Shown here in pieces: positions 36,375 to 43,606 of a stretch of DNA of 43,606 nucleotides. Positions within the stretch are counted from its first letter, which is position 1. The number at the start of each line of letters is the position of its first letter. Made by a program: the position numbers and the translations under genes. The notes below the pieces were generated by a model, which was given only the letters and a program-made list of their open reading frames with translations, did no database searches and had not been told where the DNA came from. Source of the stretch: an uncultured Pirellulales bacterium (GTDB lineage: Bacteria > Planctomycetota > Planctomycetia > Pirellulales > Thermoguttaceae); the NCBI GenBank assembly GCA_964434165.1, contig CAYSUS010000060.1:1-43606 (forward strand), read 5' to 3'.

Positions 36375-37032
36375 GTCGATACCTCCGCACATGAACTTCC
36401 ACATGAAGCCATCTTGTGCGGTCCGTTGAGGTCGGTCAAGTTCGCCGAGGCCTCGAACGTCAGCGCGCCCTCGGCGCCGACCAGGACGGGCCCCGTGTTG
36501 CGCTGGTGCCCCCTGGAGTCCAGGCCGCTCCCCCAGGGCACTGGTCGGTTGGCACGAGTTGGGCCGGACGCTCGATTTTCCGGCTGCAAGGCAGGGAGGA
36601 TCGCAGCCTTCGCCGAAGGGCCCGAGTGGGAAACCGCAGCGATAAACCGGCACGCACCTCTCGGGAGCGGCCCGGTCGGGCCGGCAGATCGCCGAGGATT
36701 GGGGGTGCGCCGGAATGCCACGGGGGCCTGCTGCCCCGCTCCAGGGAGGACCGGAGGACCCGTTTCGCGTCGGCTGCTAGAATTGGCGAGAAGCGCGATG
36801 GCAATGTCGTCCTGGGCAAGGCCGTCGTGGGCGGAGCGGAGAACACCGTCCTGGCAAACACGGGCCAATGCGTGGTGGTGGCATCCGATCGCACGCGGTC
36901 GTCGTAACAGACAGCACCGTGTTTGTCGGAGATCGACATGAAGACCTGGAAGCCCTGGTGCAGCGGGATGCCCAGGAGAAGCCTGAGATCGTTTAGAGAA
37001 GCATCGAACGTCAGTGAGAATGAGGTCCCCAG

Positions 37033-39444
37033 ATGATCGCAAAGCCGTTGTTCGTGACGTGTGTCATTGCGGCGCTGCTGTTCCCGTTTTCCACGGTGCC
37101 GTCGCCGGCGGCCGGCCCTCGGTCGAAGACGGCCAACCCGGACTTCACCAGGGGCGAGCCGATTCCCGAAGGGGCGACCCATGACTGGAACCTCGGGCCG
37201 ACCGGCGCCCGGGGGTGGATGTACAGCAACAAGATGGAGACCAGCGAAGCGCGGCAGATCTACATCACGCGTGTGGAAGAGGGATCTCCCGCGGACGGCG
37301 TTCTCGAGCGGGGGGACGTGATCCTGGGGATCGCCGGTCGGCGGTTCGCTTACGATCCCCGCACGGAATTCGGCAAGGCCGTTGGCGCGGCCGAGTCGGC
37401 CCGCGGGAGGCTCTCCTTGATCCGCTGGCGAGAGGGCAAGACCTCGACGGCCGTGGTCACGCTGCCGGTCCTTGGCGCTTACAGCCCAACGGCACCGTTC
37501 GACTGTCCCAAGTCGAAGCGCATCTTCGAGCGGGGATGCGAGGCGTTGGCCGGGAGAATGAAGGCGGACCCGGACCGGGGGAATCCGATCCAGCGCTCGT
37601 ACGATGCCCTGGCCCTGCTTTCCAGCGGCAGGCCGCAATACCTGCCGCTGGTCCGCCGGCAGGTCCATTGGGCCACGCAGTACTCGGACCCCGAGCGGCG
37701 CTCCTACCACTCGTGGTTCTACGGTCCCATCAACATCCTGCTGGCCGAGTACGTCCTGGCCACCGGGGATCGCAGCGTCATGCCGGACCTGAAACGCATC
37801 ACGATGGAGATCGTGCACGGGCAGAGCGAGGTCGGCTCGTGGGGACACCGGTTCGTGCAGGCCAACGGACGACTGGCCGGCTACGGCATGATGAACGCCC
37901 CGGGCTTGCCGCTGAGCGTTTCGCTGATCCTGGCACGCGAGGCGGGGGTGAGTGATCCGGAACTGGACGAGGCGATCGAGAAGAGCGCGCGGCTCATTCG
38001 CTTCTACGTGGGCAAGGGAAGCGTCCCCTACGGCGACCACCATCCGTGGACCCAGACCCACGACGACAACGGCAAGAATGGAGTCGCCGCGCTGATGTTT
38101 CACCTGCTCGACGAACCCGACGCCACCGAGTATTTCTCGCGGATGAGCGTCGCCTCGCACGGCGGTGAACGCGACACGGGGCACACGGGCAACTTCTTCA
38201 ACATGCTCTGGGCCATGCCGGGCGTGGCGCTCTCCGGCCCGCATGCCACCGGAGCCTGGATGAAGGAGTTCGGCTGGTACTACGATCTGGCGCGTCGCTG
38301 GGACGGAACCTATCTCCACCAGGGACCGCCCGCCACGAGGCCCGACAGGTACGGCGGCTGGGACTGCACCGGCGCCTATCTGCTGGCCTACGCGCAGCCG
38401 CTGCGAAGAATCCATTTGGCGGGCAAGAAGCCGAGCGTCGCGGAGCAAGTGGACGCCGCCACCGCGGAGAGCCTGATCGCCGACGGCCGCGGCTGGAGTC
38501 CGCGATTGCGGATCGCCGCCTACGCCCGGCGCAGCGACGCCCAGGTTTTCGCCGGTCTGAGAAGCTGGTCGCCCGTCGTGCGCGAGCGTTCGGCCATGGA
38601 ATTGGCCCGGCGAGACGGCGACCCCACGCGGCGCCTGATCGCGATGCTCGACGCCGCCGACCTTTACGCCCGTCTGGGGGCGTGCCAGGCCCTGATCCAT
38701 CTGAAGGACCGCGCGGCGCCGGCCGTACCGGCGCTGAGGCGAACGCTCAAGGCGGAGGACCTCTGGCTGCGGATCAAGGCCGCCGAGGCGCTGGCGAGCA
38801 TCGGTGAAGCAGCGATGTCGACGGTGCCGGAGCTTCTCGCGATGCTTGCGAGCGAGAACCCGCGATCCGACCCGCGCGGTATGCAGCAGCGCTACCTGTG
38901 CTTCGCGCTGTTCAATCAGCGCGGGGGCATGTTGGGACGTTCGCTCGAGGGCGTCGATCGCGAAGCTCTCTACACGGCGGTTCGCGCGGGACTCGGCAAC
39001 GAGGACGGTCGCGCCCGGGGCGCCCTGAATTCCGTTTACAAGAATCTCACGTACGAGGAGATCGAGCCGCTTCTGCCCGCGGTCTATCAGGCGGTGGTCG
39101 AGCCGGCTCCCAGCGGCATCATGTTCGCCGACGGCATCCGCCTCGGCGGCCTGGAGATCCTCGCGCGACATCGAATCGAGGAAGGCCTGCCTCTGTGCGT
39201 CTCGTTGATCGATCCGGATCGCTGGGGGCTGCACGGGCGGGTCAAGCGATGTCTGGAGGCGCTCCGCCTTTACGGCGGCGCCGCCAGGCCCGAGATCCCG
39301 AGGCTTCGCCAGTTGGAAAAGGACCTCGCGTCGAAGCGGTGGAAGCCCGACGCGATCGAAGCGCTCGGCATCGAGGCCCTGATACGGCAGATCGAGGCGG
39401 ACGACGATCCGCCCGTCTTGCGTACCATTCGGGACTGCCGGTGA
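37033..39444 (+). CDS. Secreted multidomain protein of unassigned function: N-terminal PDZ-like domain, central alpha/alpha-toroid-like domain, C-terminal HEAT/PBS-lyase-type repeats.
   Basis: Signal MIAKPLFVTCVIAALLFPFSTVPSPAAG. PDZ-like IYITRVEEGSPADGVLERGDVILGIAGRRF. Central region rich in W/H/G motifs (SWFYGPINILLAEY, GSWGHRF, HGGERDTGHTGNFFNMLWAMPG, YGGWDCTGAYLLAYA), reminiscent of six-hairpin or LanC-like folds. C-terminal LGACQALIHLKDRAAPAVPALRRTLKAEDLWLRIKAAEALASIG HEAT-like repeats. Confidence 0.6.
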   Translation: MIAKPLFVTCVIAALLFPFSTVPSPAAGPRSKTANPDFTRGEPIPEGATHDWNLGPTGARGWMYSNKMETSEARQIYITRVEEGSPADGVLERGDVILGIAGRRFAYDPRTEFGKAVGAAESARGRLSLIRWREGKTSTAVVTLPVLGAYSPTAPFDCPKSKRIFERGCEALAGRMKADPDRGNPIQRSYDALALLSSGRPQYLPLVRRQVHWATQYSDPERRSYHSWFYGPINILLAEYVLATGDRSVMPDLKRITMEIVHGQSEVGSWGHRFVQANGRLAGYGMMNAPGLPLSVSLILAREAGVSDPELDEAIEKSARLIRFYVGKGSVPYGDHHPWTQTHDDNGKNGVAALMFHLLDEPDATEYFSRMSVASHGGERDTGHTGNFFNMLWAMPGVALSGPHATGAWMKEFGWYYDLARRWDGTYLHQGPPATRPDRYGGWDCTGAYLLAYAQPLRRIHLAGKKPSVAEQVDAATAESLIADGRGWSPRLRIAAYARRSDAQVFAGLRSWSPVVRERSAMELARRDGDPTRRLIAMLDAADLYARLGACQALIHLKDRAAPAVPALRRTLKAEDLWLRIKAAEALASIGEAAMSTVPELLAMLASENPRSDPRGMQQRYLCFALFNQRGGMLGRSLEGVDREALYTAVRAGLGNEDGRARGALNSVYKNLTYEEIEPLLPAVYQAVVEPAPSGIMFADGIRLGGLEILARHRIEEGLPLCVSLIDPDRWGLHGRVKRCLEALRLYGGAARPEIPRLRQLEKDLASKRWKPDAIEALGIEALIRQIEADDDPPVLRTIRDCR

Positions 39445-39648
39445 GCGGCTCTCTCCAACCCGCGACGGAGGCGAAAGGGGTTAGGACCCGTTTGCCCACG
39501 CAGCTCGAGGGGCGCTTCGCAAGAAGGAGTCCTGTGCCCTTTCCCGGAACCGCGCGAGGCGGTTCAGACATGGACAGACGAGAGAAGTCAACAGGAAGAA
39601 ACCTGCCGTCCGTAGCGCCCCGCTGGAATGGATCGTGGAATCCCTGCA

Positions 39649-42123
39649 ATGACGATGACCCAGAAGGCCTGCTCCTTCCCTACGATGATCCTGGCCGCAT
39701 CCGTGTCGCTCACCGCCTGCTCCCGGGCGGTTTCTGAAACCCTGCCGGTCCCCGAGCGCGGCTTCGTCAGCTCCCAGCCCGCAACGAGCTGGGAGGAAGG
39801 CCTGATCTGCGGCAACGGGACGATCGGCGCCAACGCCCTGAGCCGTCCGCTGGACGAGCGGATCATCTTCACGCATGAACGCCTTTTCCTGCCCAAAGGC
39901 CCCCCGTGGACGCCGCCCGACAACGCGGTGCGGCTGTTCGAGATTCGACGGCTGATCGACCGGGGGCTCTACAAGCAGGCCACGCAATTGGCGTTCGATC
40001 TCTCCGGGCAGGAGGGCTTCATCTACCCGGACCCCTTCGTGCCGGCCTTCGATCTGTCGATCCAGATGAACGCCGACGGGGAGGTTCGCGACTATGCGCG
40101 GTCGGTGGACTTCCAGACCGGCGAAGCCACGGTCCAATGGGCCGACAACCGCGGCATGCTCCAGCGCCGCCTGTTCGTCTCGCGCAAGCACGGAGTGGCG
40201 GTCCTGCGGATCCGCGGGCCGCGGGACGGGACGGTGAACTGCCGCCTGGCGCTGGAGCCGCGCAAGCTCAGTGACAAGCTCGACCGCCGGCAGATCCAGC
40301 GCTCCAAGGCGGTATTCGAGGAGCATGTATCCGACATCGAGGCGAGCGCCGACGATTTCGGGCTGACTTACCGGAACCGCTTCACGAAGGCCTATCCGGG
40401 CAGCGTTCACGCCCTTGAAGCCCTGGCCCGCGTGGTTTCGGACGGCGGCACGCGTTCGGCCCAGGACAACAAGACCTTGGTCATCCAGGGCGCGGACCAG
40501 GTCCTGATCCTGCTCGATATCCGGATGCTCTATGACGCCGACGCGTCGAAGCTGGAGGAGGTCAAGTCTTCTCTCGCCCGCTTGCCGGCCGACTACGCCG
40601 GGCTGCTGGAGGGGCACGCGAGGATCCACGGCGAGCTGTTCAACCGCACGCGCCTGGACATCGGCGGCGGAGCCGACCACCAGCGTACCACGGAGGACTT
40701 GCTGGCGAGCTCGACCTTCGAAAACCCGAATCGAGCCCTCATCGAGAAGACCTTTGACGCGGGACGCTACAACATCATCTCCTGCACCGGCCAGCTCCCG
40801 CCGACGCTGCAGGGGTGCTGGGGAGGAACCTACGTTCCCGACTGGGCAAGCGACTTCACCCACAACGGTAACCTCCCCTCGGCCATCGCGGCCAACATGA
40901 TGGGCAACATGCCCGAGCTCATGCTGGCCTACACATCCTACATCGAGTCGATCGTGCCGTGGATGGAGATCAACGCCAAGCACATGTTCGGGGCGCGGGG
41001 CGTGGTGCTGCCGTCGCGATCCACGACGCACGGGCTGAACAACGCGTTGGCCCCGACCTTTGCCGGCGGCTTCTGGGTCGGCGGCGCCGGCTGGGCGGCT
41101 CACTTCTTCTACGACTACTATCTCTACACGGGCGACCGCGAGTTCCTTGCCGAACACGCCCTGCCTTTCATGGAGAAGGCCGCCGCGTTCTTCGAGGACT
41201 ACCTGTACGAGGGACCGGACGGGAAGTACCTCTTCTCGCCCTCCCAGTCGCCCGAGAACACGCCCGGCAACACGAACTCGCAGGGATCGTTCAACGCCAC
41301 GATGGACGTGGCGGTCGCCAAGGAATTGCTGACGAACCTGATCGCCGCCTCTCGCGAGCTCGGCAAGAATGCCGACAAGATCCCCGTCTGGGAAGAGATG
41401 CTGAAGAAGATGCCCGAATACATGATCGATGAGGACGGCGCCCTCAAGGAGTGGCTCACGCCCCGGCTCGACAACAACGACGATCACCGCCACGGCTCGC
41501 AGCTCTACCCGCTCTTCGACGGCATGCCGGAAGAGATCGCGCGGAGCCCCGAATTGCAGGCGGCCTTCAAGAAGAGCGTCGAGATCAAGCTCGACCGCCA
41601 CTGGAGGAACAACCAGCGCGGCTTCATGTCCTTCGGGCTCGTGCAGTTGGGGCAGGTCTCGACCAGCCTCGGCGAGGGCGAACTGGCCTACCAGTGCCTG
41701 AAGCACCTGGTGAATCGCTTCTGGCTGAACAACCTGGCCTCGACGCACAACCACCGCTCGCTGTTCAACATGGACATCAGCGGCGGCATGCCGGCCGTGA
41801 TCGTCAAGATGCTGGTGGCATCCGACCGCGGTCGCATCCGACTCCTGCCGGCCCTGCCCGCCGCCTGGCCCTCAGGCCGGATCGAAGGCGTGCTGTGCCG
41901 AGGCGCGATCGAGATCCGAAGCCTGCAATGGGACGGCAAACGGATCGACGTCACTTTGATCTCGGCCACCCCCCAGACCGTCGTGCTGGAGCTGCCGGAC
42001 GAGATCGCTGCGCTCGTCGTCGCCAACGGAACCGCGCAGGCCAGTCCCGCGGAGCGCGCCCATCAGCGCGCCGTTGCACTCCCCGGCGCGCGACCGGTGA
42101 CGCTGGTCGTCAAGCTGAAGTAA
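39649..42123 (+). CDS. Glycoside hydrolase family 95-like alpha-L-fucosidase; probable lipoprotein.
   Basis: N-terminus MTMTQKACSFPTMILAASVSLTACS has an L-T-A-C lipobox. WEEGLICGNGTIGANAL...ERIIF matches the GH95 N-terminal WxxALPxGNGxLGAMxxG motif. About 825 aa with central (alpha/alpha)6-like region, the typical GH95 size. Confidence 0.8.
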   Translation: MTMTQKACSFPTMILAASVSLTACSRAVSETLPVPERGFVSSQPATSWEEGLICGNGTIGANALSRPLDERIIFTHERLFLPKGPPWTPPDNAVRLFEIRRLIDRGLYKQATQLAFDLSGQEGFIYPDPFVPAFDLSIQMNADGEVRDYARSVDFQTGEATVQWADNRGMLQRRLFVSRKHGVAVLRIRGPRDGTVNCRLALEPRKLSDKLDRRQIQRSKAVFEEHVSDIEASADDFGLTYRNRFTKAYPGSVHALEALARVVSDGGTRSAQDNKTLVIQGADQVLILLDIRMLYDADASKLEEVKSSLARLPADYAGLLEGHARIHGELFNRTRLDIGGGADHQRTTEDLLASSTFENPNRALIEKTFDAGRYNIISCTGQLPPTLQGCWGGTYVPDWASDFTHNGNLPSAIAANMMGNMPELMLAYTSYIESIVPWMEINAKHMFGARGVVLPSRSTTHGLNNALAPTFAGGFWVGGAGWAAHFFYDYYLYTGDREFLAEHALPFMEKAAAFFEDYLYEGPDGKYLFSPSQSPENTPGNTNSQGSFNATMDVAVAKELLTNLIAASRELGKNADKIPVWEEMLKKMPEYMIDEDGALKEWLTPRLDNNDDHRHGSQLYPLFDGMPEEIARSPELQAAFKKSVEIKLDRHWRNNQRGFMSFGLVQLGQVSTSLGEGELAYQCLKHLVNRFWLNNLASTHNHRSLFNMDISGGMPAVIVKMLVASDRGRIRLLPALPAAWPSGRIEGVLCRGAIEIRSLQWDGKRIDVTLISATPQTVVLELPDEIAALVVANGTAQASPAERAHQRAVALPGARPVTLVVKLK

Positions 42124-42187
42124 CCGGCTGCCGCGGTCCAGCGGCCACGGAGGCGACGTCTCGCCTGCGGAGACCGGTCGCCCCGCG

Positions 42188-43606
42188 TCACTTCCGCGAC
42201 AGGATGAGGATTCCCCACGGCCCCAAGGGCGGGATGGTCATCTCGGTGAATCCCCCTTCCGCGGTCGCCGGCAATGGAACGGTCTTCGCCAGGGCCGAGA
42301 AATCACCCGTCCGTTCGGCCTTCTCGTGCGCCGCGCGGTCGTACGGGGCGGGAACAAGAAGGCGGGCCGCCGGGGGACGATCGCCGAACAAGGCCTTGGT
42401 GCGCAAACCGATCTCGAACGACGCCGGCCGCTCCGACCAGTCCACGAGGTGAACCACCACGGGCGCGTCGGCCCGACCGGGTCGGGCTCGGACGCAGACG
42501 CACACGTCTGCCGCCGATTCAGGCAGTCGAACCGGATTGCTGTCCGCTTCACGGAGACCGCCGCGGGGCTCCTGAACGCCCCGGCACCGCACGGCCGCCT
42601 CCTCGTACCCATCCAGCCAGCCGGCCACCGCGCGGACAAACCCGTACAGGTCGGCGTATTGGCCCGGTGTGCCGAAGTACCTTGGCGCATCGCGGGGCAT
42701 GTACACGTCCCACGGGACCATGCAGAGTCCGCCGCAGGCGTAGGACGTCGCGATCGTCTGCCGAGTCCGGCGCTGCCATGCTGCCAGGTCCTTCCGATCG
42801 CCCTTCTTCGGCATCGTCACCACCTGGATGCGATCGTGCTCCGCGGCCGCGCGCATCGCTTGATGGATTTGGTCCGGCCGGGCACGGCCGAAGGATAGCT
42901 CGCCGAAGGCCCAGTCGAAGCAGAGCTCGACGTCGCCCCAACGGTGCGCGCCGTTGTTGCAGGAAAAAGGGACCCGCCGGCCCGCGTAGCGGTCGATGGC
43001 TTCACGGGTCCGCTTGTGGAAGGCCACGGTGGCATCGGTCTGGAACCGCACGAACCGCTCCTTCAGCGCACCCCCCTTCCATCGCGCGAACGCGTCCCCC
43101 ACCGGCGCGCCTTGATCCTTGAGCAGCTCGCGATAGTCGAACCGATCCAGGTCCGTAACGCCGAGTCCGCGCCGCTCCTCTTGCGTTGTGCTCTTGGCCA
43201 GGTACGCTCGGAACGCCTTCATGCAGTGCGGGCAGAAGCAGCCGCCCCACCGTGTGGCGTTGAGATTGGCGCCGGGCTCGTCACGCTGCATGACTTGGGC
43301 GCCGGCGTCTACGTACTCTCGAAGATACGCCATGTAGCCCTGTTCGAGCTCCGGATTGTTGATGCATCCCCAGAGCGTCCGCTTCCAGGTTCGCTTCCAC
43401 GGGGCAATGATGGGCTCGCCAGCGAGGTTCCGGATCACCACCCTCTCGAACCCATCGGACTCGGGCCGGTCCGGGAGATACGACGGGGCCGAAGCGGCGC
43501 CGCCGAACAATCGACCGGACTGCTTCAATTCCGCGATGAACTCCCTTTCGGTCACGTAGGACCACTCGAGTCGCGTGACGTGGAAGTCACGAGCGGCCTT
43601 CAGCGT
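42188..43606 (-). CDS. Partial gene (5' end beyond the right window edge): putative TIM-barrel glycoside-hydrolase-like protein with a CxC...C cluster.
   Basis: The reading frame stays open from 43555 to the window end (…TLKAARDFHVTRLEWSYVTEREF…), so the true start is outside the window. GCFCPHCMKAF cluster and alternating beta/alpha pattern suggest a GH-like TIM barrel. Family not identified. Confidence 0.45.
   Translation of the reverse strand, partial: TLKAARDFHVTRLEWSYVTEREFIAELKQSGRLFGGAASAPSYLPDRPESDGFERVVIRNLAGEPIIAPWKRTWKRTLWGCINNPELEQGYMAYLREYVDAGAQVMQRDEPGANLNATRWGGCFCPHCMKAFRAYLAKSTTQEERRGLGVTDLDRFDYRELLKDQGAPVGDAFARWKGGALKERFVRFQTDATVAFHKRTREAIDRYAGRRVPFSCNNGAHRWGDVELCFDWAFGELSFGRARPDQIHQAMRAAAEHDRIQVVTMPKKGDRKDLAAWQRRTRQTIATSYACGGLCMVPWDVYMPRDAPRYFGTPGQYADLYGFVRAVAGWLDGYEEAAVRCRGVQEPRGGLREADSNPVRLPESAADVCVCVRARPGRADAPVVVHLVDWSERPASFEIGLRTKALFGDRPPAARLLVPAPYDRAAHEKAERTGDFSALAKTVPLPATAEGGFTEMTIPPLGPWGILILSRK

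Noticed and set aside
36371-37042. 223-aa minus-strand ORF in the divergent GH2 / PDZ-HEAT intergenic region.
   Set aside because: Arg/Pro-rich, with no start context or domain. The region more likely holds two divergent promoters.
2012-43555. Many other long alternative-frame or antisense ORFs in the six-frame track (e.g. 2012..3493+, 4693..5634-, 5385..6635-, 5744..6859+, 7853..9292-, 10466..12007+, 13034..14485-, 14316..15512-, 16152..17474-, 18949..20085-, 19823..21019-, 21323..23047-, 23176..25581+, 26209..28272+, 29359..31032-, 31074..32837-, 33591..36941+, 36460..39234-, 39481..41754-).
   Set aside because: All overlap domain-bearing ORFs on the other strand or frame and translate to R/P/G/A-rich strings without motifs. 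Same high-GC artefact.
1-43606. CRISPR arrays, tRNA/rRNA genes, IS elements or integrases.
   Set aside because: No regularly spaced direct repeats of 25-40 bp. No T-loop-like GGTTCGAATCC motifs in any intergenic region. No transposase, integrase or recombinase-like ORFs found.

Overview
A 43.6 kb window of very GC-rich (about 68-70%) DNA. Its gene content looks planctomycete-like: Hanks-type Ser/Thr kinases fused to WD40 or FHA modules, an ECF sigma factor with a kinase-fused anti-sigma partner, many secreted glycoside hydrolases without SusC/D, and a C-terminal-aromatic beta-barrel porin. This assignment is an inference from gene content only.

About 30 protein-coding genes are supportable. 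I found no rRNA, tRNA, CRISPR array or mobile element.

The window falls into three blocks:

(i) 1-9 kb, housekeeping and secreted enzymes. ABC-2 permease, beta-barrel porin, GDSL hydrolase, EF-hand protein, Tat-exported aldo/keto reductase, COG4099-type alpha/beta hydrolase. A short three-gene minus-strand operon whose first gene looks like a frameshifted lipoprotein.

(ii) 9.1-25.3 kb, a co-directional signalling and membrane cluster. It is the main candidate for an undescribed system.
- It opens with a Zn-ribbon Ser/Thr kinase carrying a TM helix and WD40 repeats.
- Seven small membrane genes follow: a Zn-ribbon/TM2 protein, a 4TM coiled-coil protein, an SPFH (COG4260-like) protein ending in SHOCT, a vWA protein with a C-terminal TM anchor, two tandem Zn-ribbon/DUF4190 paralogues, and a DUF2752 protein.
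- It closes with an ECF sigma factor translationally coupled to a fused protein: ZAS anti-sigma motif, active Ser/Thr kinase, FHA domain, Cys4 ribbon, and a likely pseudokinase.
- A convergent double-Zn-ribbon/WG-repeat membrane protein sits at the right flank.
- The same short N-terminal CPxC...CPxC ribbon recurs on five different proteins.

(iii) 25.8-43.6 kb, secreted glycan-degradation cluster. A PQQ-like beta-propeller protein with an odd N-terminal MTase-like fold. A trehalase-like (clan GH-G) enzyme, an SASA/DUF303 esterase with PA14 insertion, GH2, GH95 fucosidase, and a partial TIM-barrel hydrolase truncated by the window edge. An unassigned PDZ / alpha-alpha-toroid-like / HEAT protein sits among them.

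The many long antisense ORFs in the six-frame track are treated as high-GC artefacts.
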